Position numbers and translations under genes: made by a program | From: a virus | Taxonomy: Duplodnaviria; Caudoviricetes | IMG/VR virus record: IMGVR_UViG_3300028792_000008 | Location: 1-38,830 of that record | DNA length: 38,830 nt | Reading direction: 5' to 3' (one strand) | Shown here: piece by piece, positions 1-8,614 of the stretch | Position numbering within the stretch: the stretch's first letter is position 1 | How the letters are laid out: every line of letters starts with the position of its first letter | Notes under the pieces: generated by a model | What the model saw: only the letters and a program-made list of their open reading frames with translations | Databases searched by the model: none | Told to the model about the DNA's origin: nothing

Positions 1-97
1 ACTTGCGGCAGCGGTACGTGATGCCGCCCAGTTGGCAGCTTATGGTGACTTTCGTGCGTGGATGCGCACAGACGCCAGGAGCGTCGCGACCACTCAC
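1..97 (-). CDS. Partial small phage protein, runs off the window start
   Basis: GTG at 97 overlaps the TGA of the 94..312 ORF (GTGA). Open frame VSGRDAPGVCAHPRTKVTISCQLGGITYRCRK continues to the window edge. Confidence 0.35.
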   Translation of the reverse strand, partial: MSGRDAPGVCAHPRTKVTISCQLGGITYRCRK

Positions 98-312
98 AAG
101 TCCAACTCCGTCAGCGCCAGCCGCACGCGCATATCGGCGAGGTGCAGCTCGGTAAGGTACAGCGAGCGCGGCAGCTTGTCGAGTTCGTGGTTCAGCAGCT
201 GCACGTGCTCCTCGAAACGTTTGATCGATGCGCTCAGCAGCATCGCACGCCAACGGGCGGCGAGACGGCTACGAAGCGTGCGGCGGGTGGGCGTGAGGAT
301 GGCCGATGTCAT
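94..312 (-). CDS. Hypothetical phage protein (72 aa)
   Basis: ATG at 312 overlaps the stop of the upstream ORF (ATGA coupling); start trimmed relative to the ORF track. Confidence 0.6.
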   Translation of the reverse strand: MTSAILTPTRRTLRSRLAARWRAMLLSASIKRFEEHVQLLNHELDKLPRSLYLTELHLADMRVRLALTELDL

Positions 313-497
313 GATCGCAGCACCGTGTAAATGATGAGACCGGCAAGGCCGACGGCAACCATCGCCGCCGAGAGGGGTTTGTCGAGCGGCCGGCACTCGC
401 GCCGGTAGACAAGGGCCGTGATCGTGACGAAGACGATGGACGACCCGTACATCATCAGCACGATGGCGACGAGCAGATCGCGGAGGTCGGCGCTCAT
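309..497 (-). CDS. Small membrane protein, 2 predicted TM helices
   Basis: Two hydrophobic stretches (LLVAIVLMMYGSSIVFVTITALVY; AAMVAVGLAGLIIYTVL); ATGA-coupled on both sides. Confidence 0.65.
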   Translation of the reverse strand: MSADLRDLLVAIVLMMYGSSIVFVTITALVYRRECRPLDKPLSAAMVAVGLAGLIIYTVLRS

Positions 498-871
498 TTG
501 GTTGCCCCCGTGGCTTTGGCGATGGCGGCAGCGGCCTTGGACATCACCTCGGGGAGCCGCAGTTCGTGCGCCTTGTAGATCTCCATGATCGCGCCGGGCG
601 GCAAGCGGTTCGGTGTCGATGGGTCCTTGACCGAACGACGCGCAGTCGCCATCACCTCTTCAAGGCGAAGCCATTCGTTGAGCACTTCGAACAACTCAGG
701 CGAGACGGCGATCAGGCGGGCGTTTGCGCGCTGCGGGCTGGGTTCGTCGGCAGCAGTGCCCCACTGGGACATCACGCAAATCAGGGCTCCCGAGTTCTCG
801 GGGCCACGAATCTCGGTGTCGGCATACAGGTCGTTGATGACCCACGGCCCCCGTGTGTGCTTCGCTTCCAT
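494..871 (-). CDS. Hypothetical phage protein of the KHTPGPW...ANARLIAAAP(D/E)L type
   Basis: MEAKHTRGPW...QRANARLIAVSPEL resembles a widespread small phage protein motif; ATG at 871 in a TGATG overlap. Confidence 0.75.
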   Translation of the reverse strand: MEAKHTRGPWVINDLYADTEIRGPENSGALICVMSQWGTAADEPSPQRANARLIAVSPELFEVLNEWLRLEEVMATARRSVKDPSTPNRLPPGAIMEIYKAHELRLPEVMSKAAAAIAKATGATK

Positions 872-1026
872 CACACTCCCTCCCCGATCAGCCGCGCCGC
901 CAACACCCGCGCCATCCACTCCCACGAATGGTGTTGTTCAGCCTGCTCGCCGGAGCGCAGCGCGTGCGCCAACCTCAGGAGGTGGCGAGCCGACAGGCTC
1001 ATGGTGTGTTCTTCGTGGCCGTTCAT
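871..1026 (-). CDS. Small hypothetical protein (51 aa), below ORF-track cutoff
   Basis: ATG at 1026 just downstream of promoter P1 and its leader; MNGHEEHTMSLSARHLLRLAHALRSGEQAEQHHSWEWMARVLAARLIGEGV*; TGA overlaps the next ATG. Confidence 0.6.
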   Translation of the reverse strand: MNGHEEHTMSLSARHLLRLAHALRSGEQAEQHHSWEWMARVLAARLIGEGV

Positions 1027-1042
1027 TTCATCCATCCCGTTT

Positions 1043-1087
1043 CGTTGTCGATGGCTGAACTATAGGCGCTACTGACGGCGCCGTCAA
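1043..1087 (-). promoter_or_regulatory. Operator-promoter P1
   Basis: Minus strand TTGACG(1087-1082)-17 bp-TATAGT(1064-1059); palindrome TGACGGCGCCGTCA at 1073-1086; conserved leader CATCGACAACG at 1053-1043. Confidence 0.85.
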
Positions 1088-1813
1088 TTAAGAAGTGGGG
1101 TAGGCTGCGGCGGGTGGCGTGAAAGTTCCGGTATATCTGCACACTCCCTCGGTGATTCGAACGTTGTCGATGTAGCCCTGAAAGAATTCCCCGCTGCCGT
1201 ACTGCGACCCGAGGACATATGGCGCGGCACCGGCTGGGCTAGTACCCGAGGTTCCATTGGCGACTGACACGCCGTCGATCCAGATATCCACTCGATTCGA
1301 CCCATCTCGCGTGGTCGCCAAGTGATACCACGTGCTGTCGTTCATCGTGATCAAACTCGCGGCAGACGATAGGACGAACGTTCCGCCCCCCGCACTGTTC
1401 CGAAGGATCACCGTCACCGACCCGTCACTATTGGTGCGCAGGAAAATCACCGGATTGACGGTGCTTGAATCTTGAGACGAGATCACTCGACCATCGACGG
1501 CGCCCGTGCAACGAACATGCGCCTCGAGGGTGAATTGCCCACTGCCAATGCCCTGGCCGCGTCCGGTTTGCACGTAGTCGTTCGTGCCATCCAAAAACAG
1601 CGAAGCGGTCCCGAACTTCTTTTGCGTGGTGCTGAGCGCGGCACCGTTTTGACATGTCGGCGTGGCGGGCGATCCCGAATTGTCGGTGAGCGTGGTACTC
1701 CCGTTTGTGCCGTCGCACGCGAGCAATAGAACCACGCTCGCATAGTCAGCATCTGAGCCACCCCCGCCGCCCCCTGGCGCTCCGACAAAGAACGGGTTGA
1801 GGAGCATGCTCAT
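1088..1813 (-). CDS. LamG / concanavalin A-like lectin domain protein (putative receptor-binding virion protein)
   Basis: VVLLLACDGTNGSTT..D, KKFGTASLFLDG..DYV, FTLEAHV, WYHLATTR, FQGYIDNVRITEGVCRY: typical phage LamG signature. Confidence 0.8.
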   Translation of the reverse strand: MSMLLNPFFVGAPGGGGGGSDADYASVVLLLACDGTNGSTTLTDNSGSPATPTCQNGAALSTTQKKFGTASLFLDGTNDYVQTGRGQGIGSGQFTLEAHVRCTGAVDGRVISSQDSSTVNPVIFLRTNSDGSVTVILRNSAGGGTFVLSSAASLITMNDSTWYHLATTRDGSNRVDIWIDGVSVANGTSGTSPAGAAPYVLGSQYGSGEFFQGYIDNVRITEGVCRYTGTFTPPAAAYPTS

Positions 1814-2760
1814 GCGTACACCCCGATGAACGTCACCTTCAACCCCTTTGCGGTGCCGTCGCCGACCTGGTCGATGTCGATCGTAATCTCGGAATCATCG
1901 GCCAGGTTCGCATCGCTGATCACTCGCGCTGTTGCCGCTGTGGTTGACGTCTTTTCCGTGTTATCTATAGTCAACTTGGTAGACAGAATCGACGACCCGC
2001 TCTCGTTGACATCAACGGTCAGAATCGAACCGCTGGTTTGGGCAACACCCAACGACGCGCGTACATCACTCAACGTGACGCCCGCCGGCATACGAAACGA
2101 AACCTTCCCCGTGCCCGTTGTGAGCGCAGTTCCCTCATCACTGGCGGCCACAGTCAAGTCGAACGCCTGGCCTGTCTTCACCGATGGTTTGACGGCCCCC
2201 GTGATCACCACGCCAGTGGAGTCGATTTCGACCACACGGGAGCGCGTCGTACTACCGGCGGGCGTGACCTCGAACGCGAACTTGATCCCGTGCGCGCCCG
2301 CCGCCCAGTTCTCCGTCGCCTGCACTTGGAAGGCCGCGGCACTCTGCGACAGCGCCACACTCCCATCGCAACCACGGTAGCCGAAGGACTGAAAATAGTC
2401 GTTGATGCCCACCGCGGTAGGCGAGGCTTCAGTGCCACGGTACCGGCACCAATGCACGTTATTGCCGTAGGCGTCGACGCCATAGCTGTTGATTCTGAGG
2501 AGCTGTTTACCCCACCCCGACGTCCCTCCGGCGATCAGGGATGGGTCGTTCGTGATTTCGAGGATGTGCTCGTCATCACCTGAAAGTTTGTTGGCGTCGA
2601 AAGTGCCCGCCCCGATCAGCGCCCGTGGCGTCAGAAGCGGGTCCGTGATCAGACCCGCGGCGGTTACTTTCTTGCTGGTGCCGCCTTGAACCACCTCGAG
2701 CAGTTCGCTGCCGGCCAGGGGCTCCGTAGCGGCGCTCAACTCACTGATTTTCTTCGTCAT
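1810..2760 (-). CDS. Putative tail fibre / virion appendage protein
   Basis: N-terminus MTKKISELSAATEPLAGSELLEVVQGGTSKKVT resembles phage fibre anchoring motifs; beta-rich body; C-terminus ITIDIDQVGDGTAKGLKV. Confidence 0.6.
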   Translation of the reverse strand: MTKKISELSAATEPLAGSELLEVVQGGTSKKVTAAGLITDPLLTPRALIGAGTFDANKLSGDDEHILEITNDPSLIAGGTSGWGKQLLRINSYGVDAYGNNVHWCRYRGTEASPTAVGINDYFQSFGYRGCDGSVALSQSAAAFQVQATENWAAGAHGIKFAFEVTPAGSTTRSRVVEIDSTGVVITGAVKPSVKTGQAFDLTVAASDEGTALTTGTGKVSFRMPAGVTLSDVRASLGVAQTSGSILTVDVNESGSSILSTKLTIDNTEKTSTTAATARVISDANLADDSEITIDIDQVGDGTAKGLKVTFIGVYA

Positions 2761-3134
2761 GATGGGATCACTCCTATGCGCCGCATGTTACGCCGCTGAC
2801 AGTTAACTTGGTGCGTCACCGGCTCGTGATGGTCCGGGTAGATGCACGACTCGTTGTTGCACGTGTGATCGAGCTCAAGCCCGCTGCACCGCAGCTCAAG
2901 GTAGGCGAGCCAGAAGTCGTGTAGCGTTTCCGGCCGCGCCTCGGCGATGACATAGGCGGCGATGTGCGCCATCAGGTTGACCGGGTATGGCTTGAACGGC
3001 AGGCGCAGGGCGAACCGGGGATAACCGTATCGATCCAACTGCGCCGACCAGGGCCAACACGCCTGCTCGTTTTCTGGCTCGTGCGTGTTCGCCACCAAGC
3101 GCTCCCACATCGAGGCGTAGCGGTCGGTGCTCAC
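2757..3134 (-). CDS. HNH endonuclease (His-Me finger)
   Basis: ACWPW...GYPRF...AHIAAY...LDHTCNNESCIYPDHHEPVTHQVN; GTG start at 3134 in a GTGA overlap. Confidence 0.8.
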   Translation of the reverse strand: MSTDRYASMWERLVANTHEPENEQACWPWSAQLDRYGYPRFALRLPFKPYPVNLMAHIAAYVIAEARPETLHDFWLAYLELRCSGLELDHTCNNESCIYPDHHEPVTHQVNCQRRNMRRIGVIPS

Positions 3135-3337
3135 GTCCCCGTCTCCCCTGGCGCCGACCACAGCCCATCGCGAAACACGATCGCCCCGTGAGCCATGGCG
3201 CTGCGGCACGCCCCGTGAATCTCCGTCTTCATCGCGCCGATACCCCGGGCCAGGGCCGTGTGACGGTGCGGCCCGTTCTCGCGAAGGAACCGGATCGCAC
3301 GGTCGGGGACGCCGCCGGGTTTGGGGGTGTAGGTCAT
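3131..3337 (-). CDS. Small putative winged-helix DNA-binding protein
   Basis: RAIRFLRENGPHRHTALARGIG..KTEIHGAC..AMAHGAIVFRDGLW fits a helix-HTH-wing pattern; coupled overlaps. Confidence 0.5.
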   Translation of the reverse strand: MTYTPKPGGVPDRAIRFLRENGPHRHTALARGIGAMKTEIHGACRSAMAHGAIVFRDGLWSAPGETGT

Positions 3338-3525
3338 GTGACCGTTACCTCGCCGCGCAAAATCGCTATAGCCTCCCGCAGTCGTTCAGCGTCCTCGGCG
3401 GGAAACTCGGCGCTGTAATCGTGCGCCGCCCCGAGACGATCGGCCTGCGCCTGAAGAACGGCGATCTGCCGCTCAAGCGCGTAGACGATCTGATCGACAT
3501 CGACATTTCGGTTGCTAGGTGTCAT
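3334..3525 (-). CDS. Hypothetical protein (63 aa)
   Basis: ATGA-coupled on both sides within the operon. Confidence 0.6.
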   Translation of the reverse strand: MTPSNRNVDVDQIVYALERQIAVLQAQADRLGAAHDYSAEFPAEDAERLREAIAILRGEVTVT

Positions 3526-3995
3526 CGATCATCCTTCGGTAGTTGCCCCGGCCCCGTGACGAACAGCGCGATGCCGCCCGCACCAGCCACAAGCTCAAGC
3601 CATTTCAGCTGCGCCAGCTCCCGGGGTGTCCCGGTGTATCGCCAGCCCGGTTCCTTGCACTCGACGGCGGCGAAGCGCCCCGTGTTCGTCCAGCCCACGA
3701 GATCGCTCGACTTGATCGCGTCGTTCAGGCGCTGCGAATCGTTGCATAGGCCCCATCGCAGGAACGACCCGTTATCGAGCTTGCCCGCGCCGAGGTTGTT
3801 GCGGAACAGGCGCCACCCCATGCGCGACGCTTCCACCCGCACCATCGCCTGCACGCCCGCCTCACTGGTCAGCGTCTGGTCTGCGATGGCCGGCGTCTCG
3901 CTGTGCGCGGGGTCGAGATTGAACAGGGCGAGGAGGTCGGCGAGAGCCTGCTGACTCACGCCGTGTCGCTGCGCCCAAGAGGCTAGGTGGTTCAT
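3522..3995 (-). CDS. VRR-NUC family nuclease (PD-(D/E)xK, Holliday junction resolvase-like)
   Basis: SEAGVQ...LFRNNLGA...SSDLVG...FAAVECKEPG...QLKWLELVAGAGG. Confidence 0.85.
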   Translation of the reverse strand: MNHLASWAQRHGVSQQALADLLALFNLDPAHSETPAIADQTLTSEAGVQAMVRVEASRMGWRLFRNNLGAGKLDNGSFLRWGLCNDSQRLNDAIKSSDLVGWTNTGRFAAVECKEPGWRYTGTPRELAQLKWLELVAGAGGIALFVTGPGQLPKDDR

Positions 3996-4210
3996 GCGAC
4001 GATCCGCGCGAACAGCTCGACGACTTGCTTGGCGGGCAGTGAATGTAGGGAAACGTCCGTGCCGCCGTCTTCAATCGCCACGACATACTTGGCGGCACGG
4101 GCGAAATGATGGAATTCTTCTGAAATCTTCTGGCCGGCTTTCACGGCCGCTTCATAACGTTCGATCATCTGAGCGATTTCTGCACGGTGCGTTTGGCTAA
4201 TGATGTTCAT
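3992..4210 (-). CDS. Hypothetical protein (72 aa), first gene after P2
   Basis: ATG directly after the conserved promoter leader; ATGA overlap with VRR-NUC. Confidence 0.7.
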   Translation of the reverse strand: MNIISQTHRAEIAQMIERYEAAVKAGQKISEEFHHFARAAKYVVAIEDGGTDVSLHSLPAKQVVELFARIVA

Positions 4211-4227
4211 TTTCGTTCGTCCCGTTG

Positions 4228-4272
4228 CGTTGTCGATGTGTGTACTCTAGTCCTTACTGACGGAGCCGTCAA
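4228..4272 (-). promoter_or_regulatory. Operator-promoter P2
   Basis: Minus strand TTGACG(4272-4267)-17 bp-TAGAGT(4249-4244); near-palindrome TGACGGAGCCGTCA at 4258-4271; CATCGACAACG at 4238-4228. Confidence 0.85.
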
Positions 4273-4282
4273 CAGTAATTTA

Positions 4283-5962
4283 TCACGATGACAACCACCG
4301 TTGCGGGTCGCTCATGCCTTCTGTGCGAACCGGCACGACATGTCCGAGCATCGCCGCGTCCAGTCGCGCCATGAGCTCGCCCGCCTCACGCGCCCCGAGT
4401 GCCTGCGCCGACATCACGTCGACGCCGAACGTCAGGTAAAACCGCCGTTGCGCCATCGACAGCGACTCGCCCAGCGCCTCACGCCAGCCGCCCCACATCT
4501 GCATCACGTCACGCAGCGCCACCTGAGCGCGCAGGCGTTCCATGTGGTTGTGCCGCACCGCCTGCGCCGGCACGCCCGCCGGTATCCGAGGCGCGCCCAT
4601 CACACGATCGGCTTCGCCTCGCATCGCCGCGAGCACGGCCGCATCCAACTCCTGCAGGTCCCCGTCGACCTGCTCCGGTGCCGACCGGCCCACGGGTTCC
4701 GGCGCGAAGCCGCAGAACGGGCAGCACGGGTGAAACCGTTCATAGGTCTGGGCGCATGCCTCCGGCTCCGTGCGCGTGCACACCGTGGTCGGCATGGCGT
4801 CGTTGGCACCGCGTGCGCGTTTCTCGCGACGATCGAGCGACCACTCGCGTCGGGCGTCGGGCAGACCGTGGCGGAAGACGTTGCCCACATGGTCGATGAT
4901 CAGCGCGACGAGCTTGCCCAGCAGCAGGCGCAGCGCCCGGCCGAACTGTTGACAGTACAGCGCGTAACTCTGCGTTGGCCTCGCCATGCTCACGACCTCG
5001 ATCGCCGGCAGGTCGAAGCCCTCGCCGAACAGATCGACGTTCACGAGCTGCAGCAGCTCCCGCCGACGGAAGCGCCGCAGGATCGCCACGCGCTGCGAGT
5101 CGGGTGTCTTGCTACTGACGACCTCGGCCGGCACACCACGCGCACGGAAGGCCGCGGCGATCTCTGTGGCCGACTCGATATCGACGGCGAACGTGACGCC
5201 CAGCTTGCCCGGCGCCAGGCGCAGGTAGTGTTCGACCACATCGCCCGTAATGTGCGACTTGTGCACCGCGGCGCGCAGCTGGGCGGCCACGTAATCGCCC
5301 GATTCGCCGACCTTGACGGCGGACAGGTCGAGGTCCGATTTCGGCGCGAAGATACGGTAATCCGTCAGGTAACCCTCGTCGATCAGGTCACGCATGGACG
5401 GGCCGACGATCATCGAGTCCATGAGGCCGTCGGCATGCCGCCCGAGGCCCTTGCCATCTGCGCGTACCGGTGTGGCCGTCACGCCCAGCCCGTAGGCGTT
5501 AGGGAACAGTTCGCAGGCTCGGCCCCACTTATTGTCTCGCAGGACGTGGTGCGCCTCGTCCATCACCCACCGCTGCACGCCGTTGCGCCACGCATCGAAG
5601 TGCGCCCCGGTCATCCGATTGAGCGTATCAACGCCGGCCACACCGCACGGCGCCTGCTGATCGACCCAGCGCCGGCCGAGCTCGATCATGTGCAGCGCCT
5701 CGATGCTGCCGCGCACGTTGTCGGGCGCGATGATGCGGTGCCGCACCCCGTTGCGGGCGAGCGCAAGACTGATCTGCGAGACGAGTTCCTGACGGTGCGC
5801 CACGGCCACGCTCGGCCCGCGTGTATCGGCGAGTATCTTGCTGAAGAGGACCGTTTTGCCGGCACCGGTCGGAAGCACCGCGAGCACGTTGCGCACGTGT
5901 TGCCACTCGGCGTAAATCGCTTGCTCCGCTTCGAGCTGGTAAGGACGGAGAAGAACGGACAT
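4283..5962 (-). CDS. SF2 DEAD/DEAH-box helicase (RadD/YejH-like) with C-terminal Cys cluster
   Basis: LRPYQ, PTGAGKT, DEAHH, TATP, EGFDLP, QQFGRALR, IIDHVGN, C..C/CPFCG; ATG at 5962 in a TAATG overlap. Confidence 0.93.
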   Translation of the reverse strand: MSVLLRPYQLEAEQAIYAEWQHVRNVLAVLPTGAGKTVLFSKILADTRGPSVAVAHRQELVSQISLALARNGVRHRIIAPDNVRGSIEALHMIELGRRWVDQQAPCGVAGVDTLNRMTGAHFDAWRNGVQRWVMDEAHHVLRDNKWGRACELFPNAYGLGVTATPVRADGKGLGRHADGLMDSMIVGPSMRDLIDEGYLTDYRIFAPKSDLDLSAVKVGESGDYVAAQLRAAVHKSHITGDVVEHYLRLAPGKLGVTFAVDIESATEIAAAFRARGVPAEVVSSKTPDSQRVAILRRFRRRELLQLVNVDLFGEGFDLPAIEVVSMARPTQSYALYCQQFGRALRLLLGKLVALIIDHVGNVFRHGLPDARREWSLDRREKRARGANDAMPTTVCTRTEPEACAQTYERFHPCCPFCGFAPEPVGRSAPEQVDGDLQELDAAVLAAMRGEADRVMGAPRIPAGVPAQAVRHNHMERLRAQVALRDVMQMWGGWREALGESLSMAQRRFYLTFGVDVMSAQALGAREAGELMARLDAAMLGHVVPVRTEGMSDPQRWLSS

Positions 5963-6252
5963 TACTCGACGTGCCGCCATCCCTGAACGCTATGCGTCTG
6001 CGCCCGCAACGTCGAGGCGGACATCGACGGGTCACATAGTGTCAACCATCGCGCGCCGCCCAGCATCATCACCTTGCCCCGCAGGACGCGCCCATCGAGC
6101 AGTAGCGCCTCGAACTCGAACCCTTCGACACATGGCAGGGCGTCGGGCTTGTGCGGGAACACGAAGCGCGGGCGTGGCACAGTGGGCGGCTCGCTCATCA
6201 TGACGGACAGCGATGTGTCAGGCGTGAACCACTGGCGGATACGTTGAAACAT
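5962..6252 (-). CDS. Hypothetical protein (96 aa)
   Basis: ATG at 6252 with upstream AAGGA; stop coupled to the helicase start. Confidence 0.6.
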   Translation of the reverse strand: MFQRIRQWFTPDTSLSVMMSEPPTVPRPRFVFPHKPDALPCVEGFEFEALLLDGRVLRGKVMMLGGARWLTLCDPSMSASTLRAQTHSVQGWRHVE

Positions 6253-6266
6253 GATCGAATTCCTTG

Positions 6267-6295
6267 TTGACGGCGCCGTCAGTATCACCTACAGT
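6267..6295 (+). promoter_or_regulatory. Operator-promoter P3 at the divergence point
   Basis: TTGACG(6267-6272)-17 bp-TACAGT(6290-6295); palindrome at 6268-6281. Confidence 0.85.
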
Positions 6296-6329
6296 CCAGT
6301 TTCTTGCAACTCATTTTCAGGCCTGAATC

Positions 6330-7241
6330 GTGCAAATTACCTTTGACACCGCGACCGCGAAGCCCGCCGAACTCTCGGCGCTCTCACGGTTTATCCAAGA
6401 CCTCGCCGCCCTCGGCACGGCGCCGCCCGCCGTTCAGATCGGGGTCGACCCCATGGCTGACCTGCGACCGGTCGCGGCGGTCACGAAACGCACGGGCATC
6501 GTCATCCCGCCCCGCGGCGCAGCGCCCGAAGCCACGGCGCACACGCACGCCCCACTCGTGATCCCCACGCTGATCGCCCCACCCGACCGCCCCGATGCCG
6601 GCAGCCCGCCCGCCGATGACCTCACGGCCGCGGCCGTCTTCGGTGGTCAGAGCATCAGCGCCGCGCCGCCCTCGGCGCCGAGCGTGCCGGTCGTCCCTAC
6701 TGTCCCGGCGGCGCCCGTCGCTGCGGCTGGCCCGGCCTCTGCGACGGCACCCCCGGCCATTGCCGGCGGCCCCCCGGTTGGCGTTGAGCTCGACTCGCAG
6801 GGCCTGCCGTGGGACGCGCGCATCCACGGCAGCACGCGGGCCCAGAACGCGGACGGTACGTGGCGCCAGCGCCGTGGGCTGAACGACGTGGAATTGAAGA
6901 AACGCGTCGAGGCGGAACTGCGCGCGACACTCGCACTGCCCGGGCCTGCTGTGCCGACGCCGCCCACCATTGCCGGCAAGCCGTGGGAGACCGAGCAGTA
7001 CCTCGCCGGCACCGCGGCCGCGCCAGCAGCCCCCGCTGTACCGAAGCCGCCAGCCGCCACCTCGCCCGCCCCCGCGACCTTCGGTGAGTTCATGGGCGCC
7101 GTCTCGAACCTCGTGAAGGACGGCAAGGTGACGGCCGATCACGTGACACGCAAGCTGCAAGACCTCGGCCTGCCGTCGGTCATGGCCCTGGCGAACCGCC
7201 CGGACCTGCTGCCGACCGTGTGGCAAGCGCTGCAGTCATGA
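6330..7241 (+). CDS. Pro/Ala-rich phage replication-module protein
   Basis: Conserved-looking core ELDSQGLPWDARIHGS...NADGTWRQRRG flanked by low-complexity linkers; first gene after P3. Confidence 0.7.
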   Translation: MQITFDTATAKPAELSALSRFIQDLAALGTAPPAVQIGVDPMADLRPVAAVTKRTGIVIPPRGAAPEATAHTHAPLVIPTLIAPPDRPDAGSPPADDLTAAAVFGGQSISAAPPSAPSVPVVPTVPAAPVAAAGPASATAPPAIAGGPPVGVELDSQGLPWDARIHGSTRAQNADGTWRQRRGLNDVELKKRVEAELRATLALPGPAVPTPPTIAGKPWETEQYLAGTAAAPAAPAVPKPPAATSPAPATFGEFMGAVSNLVKDGKVTADHVTRKLQDLGLPSVMALANRPDLLPTVWQALQS

Positions 7242-7471
7242 AGGGCCCGAAGCTGACGCCGTGGGCCGGCGGGCAACCACCGTGTCCCGGCATATGGGAG
7301 CGCGAGTTCCCGGCGTGCCCGCTGTTCGCCTGTTGGACGGGTAGCCAGTGGATGCGCGCCTCAAGATCAATGCGTCGAGCGGAGCGTGCGCGCGAGATAT
7401 CAGCCATACAAATGACGCGCGAAAACGGCGGGCTACGTTGGCGTGGCCTCGCCGAGGAGCCCGAGTCATGA
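7238..7471 (+). CDS. Hypothetical Trp-rich phage protein
   Basis: KLTPW...PPCPGIWER...WTGSQW...WRGLAEEP; ATGA-coupled on both sides. Confidence 0.7.
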   Translation: MKGPKLTPWAGGQPPCPGIWEREFPACPLFACWTGSQWMRASRSMRRAERAREISAIQMTRENGGLRWRGLAEEPES

Positions 7472-8556
7472 ACGGTCACAGTATCCTGGCGCCGTCCAGC
7501 ATGGCGCGCATCGTTCAGTGCGAGGGCTCGCTCGCGATGTCCGCGCTTTACCCGGAGCCCGATGACGACACCGACAGCCGCGACGGTACCGCGGCGCACT
7601 GGGTCTTCGCCGAACTCATGGCGGGTCGAACTGTGGCCGAGGGCCAGATCGCACCAAACGGCGTGGTTCTCGATGACGAGATGATCGACGGCGCGCAGCT
7701 GATGGTCGACACGCTGCAGGCGGCCGACCCGGGTGGGTGGGTCATCGAGCAACCGGTCACGATCCCCGCGGTACACCCGATGTGCTGGGGCACGCCCGAC
7801 GCGTACAAATGGCGCGTACCGTCGGCACGCCTGCACGTGGCTGATTTCAAGTTCGGCCATGGGCTGGTCGAGGTCTTCGAGAACTGGCAACTGATGGCCT
7901 ACGCCATCGGCCTGCTCGAACCCGTGAAGCACCTGCCGGGCATCATCGTTCACCTCACCATCGTGCAGCCGCGATGCCATCACCGTGAAGGGCACGTGCG
8001 GACCTGGTCGACCACATCAGGCGCACTGCGGGCGTACGCCAACATCATGGCGAGCAAGGCTGAGGCGGCGATGGGCGCCACCCCGGCCACGCACACCGGC
8101 CCCGAGTGCATGCACTGCCCCGGGCGCCACGCCTGCACGACCCTGCAGCGCGCGGGGCTCATGGTGTGCGATGTGGTCGGCAAGACCGAACCCCTGAGCC
8201 TCACCGCGGAACAGGCTGGCCAGGAATTGCGACGGCTCACCTACGCGTCGAACCTGCTCAAGGCGAGGCGCACCGGCCTCGAGCAACAGGTGCTATCCGC
8301 GCTGCGTGTGGGTGTGCGGGTGTCTCACTGGCACATTGAGAACGGGCAGGGCCGCGAGCACTGGAAAGACCCCGGCCAGGCGCTCGCCATGGGGTCGCTG
8401 TTGGGGTTGCCTCTCGCCAAGCCCCCCGCGCCGATCACGCCTTCACAGGCGCGTAAGCTGGGCCTCGATACCGCCGGTTTCACAGAACGGTTGACGGGCG
8501 AGGCGAAGCTCGTCGCGGATGACCCGATCGCCGCACGGAAAGTCTTCGGCGCGTAG
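7468..8556 (+). CDS. Cas4-like PD-(D/E)xK exonuclease (DUF2800-type)
   Basis: HSILAPSS..RIVQC, GTAAH, E..V, WGTPD, VADFKFG, QLMAYA, IVQPR, GPECMHCPGRHAC. Confidence 0.88.
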   Translation: MNGHSILAPSSMARIVQCEGSLAMSALYPEPDDDTDSRDGTAAHWVFAELMAGRTVAEGQIAPNGVVLDDEMIDGAQLMVDTLQAADPGGWVIEQPVTIPAVHPMCWGTPDAYKWRVPSARLHVADFKFGHGLVEVFENWQLMAYAIGLLEPVKHLPGIIVHLTIVQPRCHHREGHVRTWSTTSGALRAYANIMASKAEAAMGATPATHTGPECMHCPGRHACTTLQRAGLMVCDVVGKTEPLSLTAEQAGQELRRLTYASNLLKARRTGLEQQVLSALRVGVRVSHWHIENGQGREHWKDPGQALAMGSLLGLPLAKPPAPITPSQARKLGLDTAGFTERLTGEAKLVADDPIAARKVFGA

Positions 8557-8585
8557 TTGACGGCGCCGTCAATAGCGACCACACT
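8557..8585 (+). promoter_or_regulatory. Operator-promoter P4
   Basis: 16-bp palindrome TTGACGGCGCCGTCAA starts immediately after the exonuclease TAG; 17-bp spacer to a weaker -10, CACACT (8580-8585). Confidence 0.7.
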
Positions 8586-8614
8586 CACCACCCCATCATC
8601 AGGAGCAACGCTCA

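Noticed and set aside
2189-2204. Additional operator copy TTGACGGCCCCCGTGA and other isolated TTGACGG hits
   Set aside because: Dyad broken or wrongly spaced, located inside coding sequence, with no convincing -10 at 17 bp.
4301-5986. 561-aa plus-strand ORF (also 16335..17456, 21741..23189, 34706..36166)
   Set aside because: Antisense shadows of well-supported minus-strand genes in GC-rich DNA; no recognisable motifs.
7468-8556. Cas4-like gene as evidence of a CRISPR-Cas system
   Set aside because: No cas1/cas2 or array; it sits in the standard phage exonuclease-SSB-polymerase module.
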